This document shows positions 34,229 to 42,095 of a DNA stretch of 43,421 nt, piece by piece. Position 1 is the first letter of the stretch. Each line of letters starts with the position of its first letter. The DNA is from a virus, in IMG/VR virus record IMGVR_UViG_3300045988_024923, positions 1-43,421 of that record. The stretch is one strand, 5' to 3'. Below the pieces are notes generated by a model. That model worked only from the letters and a program-made list of their open reading frames with translations, did not search any database and was not told where the DNA came from. The translations under genes were made by a program, and so were the position numbers.

Positions 34229-34620
34229 ACAGAATTATTGTGATGGGCCGGATGACCCGTGACCCTGAATTGCGCCGCACCAACAGCGGCACGGCGGTTG
34301 CATCCTGCACCGTGGCGGTTGATCGGGATTTCAAGTCCCAATCCGGCGAGAAGGAAACGGATTTCATCGATGTGGTGGCATGGCGCAACACCGCTGAATT
34401 TGTAAGCAAGTATTTCTCTAAGGGCCGTATGGCCGTTGTGGAGGGCCGCTTGCAGCTGCGTGACTGGACCGACAAGGAGGGCAACAAGCGCCGCACCGCT
34501 GAGATTGTGGCCGACAGCGTGTACTTTGGCGATTCCAAGCGGGACGGCGGGGACACAGCGCAGAGCGAACCGCAGGGCGGTTTCAGCGAGGTTGAGGATA
34601 ATGGGGACATCTCGTTCTAA
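34222..34620 (+). CDS. ssb: Single-stranded DNA-binding protein
   Basis: MLNRIIVMGRMTRDPELR, WRNTAEF, and an acidic tail ending DISF. Confidence 0.95.
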   Translation: MLNRIIVMGRMTRDPELRRTNSGTAVASCTVAVDRDFKSQSGEKETDFIDVVAWRNTAEFVSKYFSKGRMAVVEGRLQLRDWTDKEGNKRRTAEIVADSVYFGDSKRDGGDTAQSEPQGGFSEVEDNGDISF

Positions 34621-34632
34621 GGCGGTGGGCGA

Positions 34633-35373
34633 ATGCCGAACAGGATCATCAAGGATAGCATCAGGACGAGCAAAAGCATCAACGCAATGTCGGATTTCCA
34701 ATTCCGATTGTGGGCGTACCTGATCACCTACGTTGATGATTATGGGCGCGGCAGCGCAGATCCGGAATTGCTCAAAGGCTTTGTATTTCCCCGCAGAAAA
34801 GGTGTGACTGAGGGAACGATCAGTAAGACGCTTGCAGAATTGGCGACCATAGGCTCTGTGATCCTCTATGAAGTTGACGGAGAACCGTACCTATGTTTTC
34901 CAAACTGGAGCGAGCACCAGACGGTGAGAAACAAAGTAAGCAAATTCCCGGCACCTGCTGACGGATTGATTACATCTGAAATCAATTGCAAGCAATTGCA
35001 AGCAGGTGAAAGCAAATGCGCCCGTAATCCAATCCAGAATCCAGAATCCAGAATCCAGAATCCAGAAGAAGTAGGCGGCGAGCCGCAAACGGCATCCCCG
35101 CCGGTGGTTTCCATCCCCCTCAATGACGGCACTGAATATCCGGTATCGCAGGAGCAATGCCAGGAATGGGCGGGCGTATACCCTGCTGTCGACGTGATCC
35201 AGCAGTTGCGGGAGATGCGGGAATGGTGCATAAATAACCCAGCAAAGCGCAAAACGCCGAAAGGTGTGCGTGGATTCATTACTCGCTGGCTTGCCAAAGA
35301 ACAGGATCGCGGTGGCCGTAAGGGCGCGAAAGGCCCCGGCTTCAAATGCGAGGACGCTTGGGGGTATGTGTAA
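34633..35373 (+). CDS. Putative replication initiator / replisome organizer containing internal iterons
   Basis: Position after ssb, winged-helix-like N-terminal half, and DNA repeats in the middle of the gene. Confidence 0.55.
   Translation: MPNRIIKDSIRTSKSINAMSDFQFRLWAYLITYVDDYGRGSADPELLKGFVFPRRKGVTEGTISKTLAELATIGSVILYEVDGEPYLCFPNWSEHQTVRNKVSKFPAPADGLITSEINCKQLQAGESKCARNPIQNPESRIQNPEEVGGEPQTASPPVVSIPLNDGTEYPVSQEQCQEWAGVYPAVDVIQQLREMREWCINNPAKRKTPKGVRGFITRWLAKEQDRGGRKGAKGPGFKCEDAWGYV
34983..35002 (+). repeat. Tandem 10-mer CAATTGCAAG x2
   Basis: Direct observation. Confidence 0.8.
35026..35068 (+). repeat. Tandem 7-mer array (CCAGAAT x4 plus degenerate flanking units); candidate origin iterons
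   Basis: Direct observation. The 7-nt period is not a codon multiple. Confidence 0.8.
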
Positions 35374-35630
35374 TGGCTGCGAATATTAAACTGTCGGACT
35401 GCTACATTGCTCCGTATAGTCAACCCTGCTGGGATTGCGCCAACGCCTGCGGCGGCTGCTCATGGTCCGCAAAGTTCCAGCCGGTGCCGGGATGGAACGC
35501 GGAGCCGGTCATCATCCGGAACCACCTGGACCGAGGCCCGGAAAATTTCTCCGCCAAATCTTACAAAATCTATGCCTGCCCCCAGTTCCGGGCAGACCAA
35601 AGGAGGGCGCATGACAAGGCTTGTGATTGA
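35373..35630 (+). CDS. Small Cys-rich hypothetical protein
   Basis: TAATG coupling; 85 aa. Confidence 0.5.
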   Translation: MAANIKLSDCYIAPYSQPCWDCANACGGCSWSAKFQPVPGWNAEPVIIRNHLDRGPENFSAKSYKIYACPQFRADQRRAHDKACD

Positions 35631-36059
35631 CATCCATGAGGACGGTGACCTGCTGGCAACCAAGGAAGCCGTTGCGATGCTGCTGGAGCCTCTGGGCCGC
35701 CCCCGGTTTATGCGGAACGGCCACGCCTACACCCCGCAGAAAACGCGGGACTACGAGGGCAAGGTAGTCCAGTGCTGGAAGTGCCAGAGCGGGAAAGGCT
35801 TTGCGGACGGCATCCCGCTCAGGGCCACCGTCACGGCGTTCTTCAAGTTCCAAAAAGCACGTCAAAGAAAAAGGCCGCTGCGATGGACGGAACGCCCCAC
35901 ATCAAGCGCCCTGACGCTGACAACGTGGCGAAGGCCATTCTGGATGCACTGAACGGCCACGCCTACAACGATGACAGCGCAATCGCACTGCTGACCGTGC
36001 GGAAGTATCAGACAACCGGTGCCTCCCGCGTGGAGGTCACCATTGAGGAGGCAGAATGA
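35611..36059 (+). pseudogene. rusA: RusA-type Holliday junction resolvase split by a -1 frame change at an A5 run (35852-35856)
   Basis: The N-terminal half is in frame 1 (RBS AAAGGAGGG; AYTPQKTRDYE; ATVTAFFKF). The C-terminal half is in frame 3 (KSTSKKK...KRPDADNVAKAILDALNG..YNDDS). Adding one A would restore a single ORF. Confidence 0.7.
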
Positions 36060-36388
36060 TGGATGCTGTGGAGTGTATGAAGGCAGTTACTCGGATGTTG
36101 AAGTCGGGTACGATAGATTGCGCGATTCAAAAATATATATCTGCGCAAAAAAAGAACGATTATGAAGGGATGGTGGAAGCTGCTGAACAGTGGGCCGCCG
36201 AGCACCCCATCAAAACCCGCCAGAGCGAGTTCTTGAAGATGTTTCCCGATGCGCCAATATATCCAGACACAGGGCTTGTCCGGGTATCCCCCTGCCAAGT
36301 GGATAGAGCATTATGTGGGAATTGCCCCACAGGGATAGACTGCATTGAGTGCAGAAAGGCGTTCTGGGAGGCGGAGGTGGAGGAATGA
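36056..36388 (+). CDS. Hypothetical protein with C-terminal Cys cluster
   Basis: ATGA coupling; 110 aa. Confidence 0.5.
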   Translation: MMDAVECMKAVTRMLKSGTIDCAIQKYISAQKKNDYEGMVEAAEQWAAEHPIKTRQSEFLKMFPDAPIYPDTGLVRVSPCQVDRALCGNCPTGIDCIECRKAFWEAEVEE

Positions 36389-36672
36389 CCCGTGAAGAGA
36401 TTTTAGCCGCTGCCAAGCAGTGCGTGTGCGGAGACAGGGACCAGGATTACGGTAGCCCGGAAAAGTCCTTCAACATGATCGCAGCCCTGTGGGAGCCGTA
36501 CCTACGGCAGAAATGCGTCAACCCGGACGGCGACGTCTGCATCACCGGCGCTGACGTGAGGGCTATGATGTGCCTGTTTAAGCTGGCCCGCATCGCCACC
36601 GGCCACGGCAAAGCAGATAACTGGATTGATCTTGCCGGATATGCCGCCTGCGGCGGGGAATTGGAGGGCTGA
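36385..36672 (+). CDS. Conserved small phage protein (DUF6378-like pattern)
   Basis: Pattern GDRDQDYGSPEKSFNMIAALW...KLARI.. recalled from a phage family. No search was run. Confidence 0.45.
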   Translation: MTREEILAAAKQCVCGDRDQDYGSPEKSFNMIAALWEPYLRQKCVNPDGDVCITGADVRAMMCLFKLARIATGHGKADNWIDLAGYAACGGELEG

Positions 36673-36673
36673 T

Positions 36674-38383
36674 ATGCTCCATCTTGGTGACATAACGAAA
36701 ATCAATGGGGCGGAAGCGCCCGTTGTGGACGTGGTGATCGGTGGCAGTCCATGCCAGGACCTTTCCATTGCTGGAAAGCGGGCAGGGCTTGCCGGGGCGC
36801 GTTCCGGCCTGTATATGGAGCAAATACGGATTATCAAGGAGATGAGAGAACGTGACATGGCAAGCGGGCGAACAGGTGAGTTTGTGCGACCTCGGTATAT
36901 GGTCTGGGAAAATGTACCCGGAGCCTTCAGCTCCAACGGAGGAAAAGACTTCGCAGCCGTCCTTGAAGAAGCCATCCGCATCGCAGAACCGGAAGCCCCC
37001 GATATTGATGTGCCTGAAAAAGGTTGGAACACCTGGGGAGGGTATCACGATGAAGTGGGAGGACGATGGAGCGTGGCGTGGCGAGTGCTTGACGCGCAAC
37101 ACTGGGGAGTCCCCCAACGTCGCCGTAGAATCGCGCTTGTCGCAGATTTTGGAGGCGACACCGCATGGGAAATACTGTTTGAGCGCAAAAGCGTGTCAGG
37201 GTATCCTGCGGAGAGCGGAGCGGAGGGGGAAAGACCTTCCGCCGGTGTTGAAAGCGGTGCTGCTTACGCAGTTCGAATCAGGGGGGGCTGTGACGGAGGA
37301 GGCAAGGGAGCCTTAGTCCAGACGGAGAAAAGCGGGACGATTAAGGCAGGGAATGACCAGACGCTTTTCTGCATGGCAACTCAGCAAGGCGGGGCCGAGG
37401 TACGAAGCGATGACCGTGCGCCGACCTTGACCGCTTCCGCAGGCATGAGCGGGAACAACCAGCCGGTTGTATGCGCCGGGTTTAAGCTGGGGAACAGTGA
37501 ACAGGCCCGGAGCATCGGATACGCAGAGGAACAGGCCCCTACGCTGAATGCGGAGTGCGGGGGGAATAAACCGGCGGTGATGTGCTTGAACGATCAGGGT
37601 GGGAATGTGATGGGCGTGAGCCATGATGTTTCCGGGACGTTGAGAGCACAGGAGCATGGGCACCAGCCCTCCATTCTGGATATGAGCCACGCCTGCGACG
37701 TGATCCGGGACTGCGGCGAGGTAGCACCCAGTCTGCAAGCCCGTATGGGAACCGGCGGCAACCAAATCCCGCTGACGTACCAAATGCAGGGATTTGGCGA
37801 TTACCGCGAGGGGGACGTTGCAAGCAGCTGCAAGCAGAGAGATTTCAAGGGCAGCACTGATCTTGTATGTTCCGTAGACTGCCGAAACTTTACAGAGGGC
37901 GGGGAAATCAACGGAACCTTGCAGGCAAAGGAAAGCGGAGGCCAAAGCCTGAACCTGAACAATACGATCCGGCAGAATCAAGTGGTTCGCCGTTTGACCC
38001 CGTTGGAGTGCGAACGGCTTCAAGGATTCCCTGACCACTGGACCGACTTGGGCGAGTGGACGGACAGCAATGGCAAGCGTCACAAGGACGCGGACAGCCC
38101 CCGGTATAAGGCACTGGGTAATTCCATCGCCCTGCCGCCGTGGAAATGGCTGCTGAAACGGCTGTGCGGCAACTACGAGCGTGACGCCACAATGGCGAGT
38201 TTGTTCGATGGAATAGGAGGATTCCCTTTGATTTGGGAGCAGCTGAACGGACGCGGAACGTGCCTATGGGCCAGTGAGATTGAAGAGTTCCCCATCGCCG
38301 TGACCAAACGGCGGTTCGGCACGGTAGAGAAACCGGGAGACATGGGGCGGTTTTTGTTCCCATGCGGAAAGGATGAATTATGA
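36674..38383 (+). CDS. DNA (cytosine-5) methyltransferase, circularly permuted motif order, with repeated TRD-like modules
   Basis: Motif IV GGSPCQDLS (PCQ at 36749-36757), VI ENVPG (ENV 36908-36916), VIII QRRRR, IX RRLTPLECERLQGFP and X YKALGNSIALP. Motif I MASLFDGIGGF (from 38192) and motif II ASEIEEF come after these, at the C-terminus. Confidence 0.85.
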   Translation: MLHLGDITKINGAEAPVVDVVIGGSPCQDLSIAGKRAGLAGARSGLYMEQIRIIKEMRERDMASGRTGEFVRPRYMVWENVPGAFSSNGGKDFAAVLEEAIRIAEPEAPDIDVPEKGWNTWGGYHDEVGGRWSVAWRVLDAQHWGVPQRRRRIALVADFGGDTAWEILFERKSVSGYPAESGAEGERPSAGVESGAAYAVRIRGGCDGGGKGALVQTEKSGTIKAGNDQTLFCMATQQGGAEVRSDDRAPTLTASAGMSGNNQPVVCAGFKLGNSEQARSIGYAEEQAPTLNAECGGNKPAVMCLNDQGGNVMGVSHDVSGTLRAQEHGHQPSILDMSHACDVIRDCGEVAPSLQARMGTGGNQIPLTYQMQGFGDYREGDVASSCKQRDFKGSTDLVCSVDCRNFTEGGEINGTLQAKESGGQSLNLNNTIRQNQVVRRLTPLECERLQGFPDHWTDLGEWTDSNGKRHKDADSPRYKALGNSIALPPWKWLLKRLCGNYERDATMASLFDGIGGFPLIWEQLNGRGTCLWASEIEEFPIAVTKRRFGTVEKPGDMGRFLFPCGKDEL

Positions 38384-38832
38384 GAGATACAGACCTCGTA
38401 AAAGCACTGCGGGAGCACGCGGAATGGCAGCGGGGAAACGAATGGGAGACGCCGATCACGCTGGGCGATGACTTGGTAGAAGCCGCTGCCCGGATCGCCA
38501 ACCAGAACACCCATATCCTGGCCCTGCAAAAGGAGATTGAGGGGCTACGAAGCCAGAATGAGCAACTGCGGGAAGCGGCTGCGCTGGTGACTAAGGAGAG
38601 TGCGGAGCTGCTTGAACGGCGCTGGATCCCGGTGGAGGAGCGGCTGCCGGCGACTGAGTCATGGGGTGCGTCGAAGGTGGTGCTGGGCATAGTACAGAAT
38701 GAATCAGGTTATCCGCCACCCAATCCGTGCTTTTGCGTGTATCTTGGCAATCAGCAATGGACGATTCGCGGACGGATGGCGACGATTACCCACTGGATGC
38801 CGCTGCCGGAACTGCCGGAGGAGGAAAAGTAA
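38380..38832 (+). CDS. Coiled-coil plus DUF551-like domain protein
   Basis: C-terminus WIPVEERLP ... THWMPLPELP. Confidence 0.6.
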   Translation: MRDTDLVKALREHAEWQRGNEWETPITLGDDLVEAAARIANQNTHILALQKEIEGLRSQNEQLREAAALVTKESAELLERRWIPVEERLPATESWGASKVVLGIVQNESGYPPPNPCFCVYLGNQQWTIRGRMATITHWMPLPELPEEEK

Positions 38833-39543
38833 ATGAAAAGACTGACAACTAATTGCCCGGATAACAACCTTGATGCTGCCCTGAATTTGTTTTACATCAA
38901 AGACTCCGAGACGTGGGTGCGGGGCGGAGGTGATGGCCCGGATTACCCAGACATCCGGCTCTACGATTTTATCCGCAAAGCCGCAAAGATTTTGCTGCCG
39001 GACTTGGAATTCCCAATGGATGATGACGGCGTAGACTATGCGATGGGTGAGCTTTTGCTGGACGGCCCTGATGAGCCGACAGGCCTGCTTGCCCTGCTCT
39101 ATACAGCAGCATGGGCATACGCAGAACTGCGGGGCAGGCTCATGCAATATGAGGACACGGGGCTGACGCCGGAACGCTGTGCCGAATTTGCGCGAGCAGA
39201 CGCGGAAGGACGGTACATCGTAATGCGTGATGCGGAGCAGGAGGGCGTTGCCCGCTTGCGCGAACTGGCCGAGGCCGACAAGGACGGTCGGCTGGTGGTG
39301 CTGCCTGTGCGGCCAGTCCTCACGCAGAGCATCGGAAGTATGCTGTATATCATCGAGGATGGAGAAATTGTTGAGGACTCGCTGTGCGAAGCGCTTGTCG
39401 GTATGGGAAGCAACGGAGAGATAAACATATTTTACACGACGCTGTTCGATCAAATATCTTTCGAGCAGGCCGATATTGGCAAGACCGTATTCCTCACCCG
39501 CGAGGCGGCGGAGAAAGCATTGGAGGCGATGAAGGATGATTGA
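38833..39543 (+). CDS. Hypothetical early protein
   Basis: RBS GGAGGAGG; 236 aa. Confidence 0.55.
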   Translation: MKRLTTNCPDNNLDAALNLFYIKDSETWVRGGGDGPDYPDIRLYDFIRKAAKILLPDLEFPMDDDGVDYAMGELLLDGPDEPTGLLALLYTAAWAYAELRGRLMQYEDTGLTPERCAEFARADAEGRYIVMRDAEQEGVARLRELAEADKDGRLVVLPVRPVLTQSIGSMLYIIEDGEIVEDSLCEALVGMGSNGEINIFYTTLFDQISFEQADIGKTVFLTREAAEKALEAMKDD

Positions 39544-39814
39544 ATTAAATCCCTGCCCGTTCTGTGGTGGCACAAAACTCAAGGTCGACCGAAAGTCTCG
39601 TCTCGCGGGGCGGAATGGTCTTGATATGCGCGTAGAAATGCACACCTTTTCTGTCCGATGCAACACTTGCCACGCGCGTGGAGGCGCTGCTGGTGGTCGC
39701 GTTATGAATGACCCGTGGACACGCTGCGCTCAGCTTCCCGACTGGGCTACGACGGACAAAACTCTGGAAGCAAAAGCAATCGAAGCATGGAACAGGAGGG
39801 AGGAAAGAACATGA
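39536..39814 (+). CDS. Lar-family-like zinc-ribbon protein (paralog 2)
   Basis: NPCPFCGG ... RCNTCHARG ... AIEAWNRR. Confidence 0.6.
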   Translation: MIELNPCPFCGGTKLKVDRKSRLAGRNGLDMRVEMHTFSVRCNTCHARGGAAGGRVMNDPWTRCAQLPDWATTDKTLEAKAIEAWNRREERT

Positions 39815-40002
39815 CGAAGTGTTTTTGTGATCTTTGCGGAAAAGAAATACACAAGCTTCGGGACACTTATAGGGTCAGCGTGGAGAACAACGCTGACATT
39901 CCCTACGCAAGCGACCCGAACATAGTGGATGTGGGAGAAATATGCTCTGTCTGCGCAAAGCGTATCCACCAGACTGTGCAAGAGCTGAAACTGGAGGGCT
40001 GA
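39811..40002 (+). CDS. Small zinc-ribbon protein
   Basis: RBS GGAGGGAGG; CDLCG ... CSVC. Confidence 0.5.
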   Translation: MTKCFCDLCGKEIHKLRDTYRVSVENNADIPYASDPNIVDVGEICSVCAKRIHQTVQELKLEG

Positions 40003-40004
40003 CA

Positions 40005-40337
40005 ATGGCTGACTTAAAACCGTGCCCGTTTTGCGGGGGTAAAGCACGGCTGTTTGTAAATGGCGGTGTGAGAGTAATTTGCTCAGAATGCTATGTAGGC
40101 ACAATGATTCTGACGGACAATATGGAGCACGAAAGCAACGCCGTAGAAACGGTAATCGAGAAATGGAACAGGAGGGCTGAGGCGGTGCATGGGCGGTGGG
40201 TAACGCACTATCGAAGCGGAACGACTGTTGCCGAGGGGTATGTATCAACGTGCTGCGATATGTGGAACAACCGTAAGAGCGATTACTGCCCACACTGCGG
40301 CACGAAGATGGACGGAGGTGATAACCATGACGCTTAG
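40005..40337 (+). CDS. Lar-family-like protein (paralog 3) with an extra C-terminal zinc ribbon
   Basis: KPCPFCGG ... CSEC ... VIEKWNRR ... CPHCG. Confidence 0.6.
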   Translation: MADLKPCPFCGGKARLFVNGGVRVICSECYVGTMILTDNMEHESNAVETVIEKWNRRAEAVHGRWVTHYRSGTTVAEGYVSTCCDMWNNRKSDYCPHCGTKMDGGDNHDA

Positions 40338-40665
40338 AGAAAAACTGATGCACTATACAAATGATCTTGGCGACGTTGATTTGAAACAAGAAGCTATTGC
40401 AACCATCGAACATATCACACAATACATGGACGAAGATGAACTATTGCATCATAGTCGGCCCCTTGCCATCGCCTATCTTGCTCTAACGGAAGATGCTGCC
40501 GTACAGGTGGTGCGGTGCAAGGACTGCAAGCATTTGTGCGTGTGGAATCGAAAAGATATATACGCATTTTGCCCCAAAACAAACATCGTGTTTTTGCCGT
40601 TTGAGCAGGACACAAGGACATTCTTTTGCGGCTTCGGCGAGAGAAAGGATGGCGGGAATGGCTAA
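40327..40665 (+). CDS. Hypothetical Cys-rich protein
   Basis: RBS GGAGGTG; VVRCKDCKH ... FCGFGERK. Confidence 0.5.
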   Translation: MTLREKLMHYTNDLGDVDLKQEAIATIEHITQYMDEDELLHHSRPLAIAYLALTEDAAVQVVRCKDCKHLCVWNRKDIYAFCPKTNIVFLPFEQDTRTFFCGFGERKDGGNG

Positions 40666-41011
40666 GCAGTCCGGGTATTTACAGCGGCGGGACGCGGAGT
40701 TGGATGCGGCGTTCAACGCCGGGGCTGCCATGGCCTTGCAGTTTGCCACAGACACGCTCCAGATCACAATCCACCAGAAAAACGGGTGGGGGTTCGACCG
40801 GGTCATGCGCTTGACGCATGACTGGATCGATACCCAGCGCGAGTACAAACCGGCGCTGAACTGTAAGGACCCGGCTGCGGACGTGTGCCAGGAGCACATG
40901 GATCGCATTTTGGCGGAGATCATCCGGGATCGTATGACCTTGATTCCATTCCCGGAGCGATATCAAGAGCTTCGGAAAGTGACATATGGGAGGCAACATG
41001 ACAAACGATGA
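40658..41011 (+). CDS. Hypothetical protein
   Basis: 117 aa, within the early operon. Confidence 0.5.
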   Translation: MAKQSGYLQRRDAELDAAFNAGAAMALQFATDTLQITIHQKNGWGFDRVMRLTHDWIDTQREYKPALNCKDPAADVCQEHMDRILAEIIRDRMTLIPFPERYQELRKVTYGRQHDKR

Positions 41012-41195
41012 CAAAGCCCTGCTAAAGGCATATGCGGAAAACAACATGATCCTGGAGCAGGCTGCACGGCAGGTCTATATGCACCGCAATACGGCGGGCT
41101 ACAGGTTTGAGCGCATCAAGAAAGAGACCGGGTTAGACCCGCATTGTTTTTATGACTTGGTGGCACTGCTGCGGAAGATTGGGGAGTGCGTATGA
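40998..41195 (+). CDS. Small HTH protein
   Basis: RBS GGGAGG; LEQAARQVYMHRNTAGYRFERIKKETG. Confidence 0.6.
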   Translation: MTNDDKALLKAYAENNMILEQAARQVYMHRNTAGYRFERIKKETGLDPHCFYDLVALLRKIGECV

Positions 41196-41208
41196 CCGAG
41201 GTGATAAC

Positions 41209-41454
41209 ATGAGTACATTCCCGGAGCGGCTGCGGCAGTTGAGGGAGCGGAAGCGGATAAAGCGGTATGTATTGTCGGAACGGTGCGGCCTGCATTCGGA
41301 CGCTGTGCGGCGCTATGAAATGGGCGAAGCAACGCCGTCTATGGATGCCCTTCAAAGCCTTGCGGATGAACTGGGGGTGTCTGTTGACTATCTCATGGGG
41401 CGGACGGATTATCCACTGATGGTAAATATTTCAGCGCCTCATGATAAAATTTGA
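41209..41454 (+). CDS. XRE-family HTH protein
   Basis: RBS GAGGTG; LRERKRIKRYVLSERCGLHSDAVRRYEMGEATPSMDAL. Confidence 0.75.
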   Translation: MSTFPERLRQLRERKRIKRYVLSERCGLHSDAVRRYEMGEATPSMDALQSLADELGVSVDYLMGRTDYPLMVNISAPHDKI

Positions 41455-41500
41455 AAATTCCCCTTTTAAGGGGAAAAACGCTGTTGAACAGTGCGACAAT

Positions 41501-41540
41501 GGATGTGTGGGAGTGTATCTCACACATCCTTTTCTTTCCT
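41501..41540 (+). terminator. Rho-independent terminator ending the early operon
   Basis: 9-bp stem GGATGTGTG/CACACATCC followed by TTTTCTTTCC and a long pyrimidine tract. Confidence 0.7.
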
Positions 41541-41559
41541 TCATTTTCATTCTTTCTCT

Positions 41560-42095
41560 CTCCAACCCCGGCGGACGCCGGGAATATGCAGACGTAGCTC
41601 AGTCGGCAGAGCACCGCGCCGGGAGGTATGCGCAGGTTCAAGTCCTGCCGTCTGCACCAGATGTATGCTACCGCATTGCGGCACCGTGGAAGGGTAAGAC
41701 CGCTACAAGGGGCTTGCCTGTGCGCTGTATGAAAGCGGCAGGGCGAAGAATTTATTATTTAGCTGGACCCGGCTTGTGTAAAAGAAACGGATGCGACCGA
41801 CATACCGGCGCAGGGCTGAAAAGTTCCGTGGTTAGCGCGTACAGAACCATGCAGAGCGAACTCCGAGGCGTGTTCATCGAAAGGTATGCGGAAGTGGTGA
41901 GGTAACGGCTGCCCTTGGGCAAGGCCGTTGTGTAGGGTAGTATGCTTGCCCGGTTCTGTACGGCTAATTGTGTAAGCAACTCAAATGGAAAGAATAATGC
42001 CCAATGTGGGCGGCGTTGTAGCCCTTCGGGGCGGGTAAAGTCTGCTATGTAAGGCCAAGGGGTGGGGGCTGGTAGCAAAATAATGTTAAGAGGTT
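41560..42095 (+). ncRNA. Candidate large structured non-coding RNA (includes the tRNA-like element)
   Basis: Longest non-coding stretch in the genome. C(UUCG)G hairpin 42021-42032, CUUG hairpin 41904-41929, triloop hairpin 41999-42011 and an 11-bp long-range helix 41838-41848/41952-41962. No credible ORF. Confidence 0.5.
41588..41659 (+). ncRNA. tRNA-like element or pseudo-tRNA: intact acceptor, D and T arms and CCA, with a defective anticodon arm
   Basis: Acceptor GCAGACG/CGTCTGC, D arm GCTC-AGTCGGCA-GAGC, T arm GCAGG-TTCAAGT-CCTGC, then A-CCA. Only 18 nt (41614-41631) sit where 21-22 are needed, and no 5-bp stem with a 7-nt loop can be drawn. Confidence 0.55.

Noticed and set aside
36626-36673. 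Upstream start (36626) for the methyltransferase, which might have hidden a normal N-terminal motif I
   Set aside because: The 16 extra residues (MILPDMPPAAGNWRAD) contain no FxGxG motif and overlap the preceding gene. ATG 36674 follows GGAGGGC, so the permuted motif order stands either way.
41461-41478. Hairpin TTCCCCTT/AAGGGGAA just after the 41209-41454 stop as a terminator
   Set aside because: The loop is too small for the full stem and no U-tract follows on the plus strand. The hairpin at 41501-41540 is the convincing terminator.
41441-41905. 154-aa plus-strand ORF and 107-aa minus-strand ORF (41755-42078) inside the long intergenic region
   Set aside because: The plus-strand ORF starts inside the preceding gene and has no RBS. 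It reads through a terminator and the tRNA-like element. Both have implausible Arg/Gly/Pro-rich composition, so the region is better explained as non-coding RNA.
41838-42050. Short matches to RNase P RNA conserved regions (ACAGAACC, GCAAGGCC..UAGGG, AAAGUC)
   Set aside because: The three motifs occur in the wrong order (V-like, III-like, I-like) and the P4-type register does not fit. I treat them as chance similarity within a GC-rich structured region.
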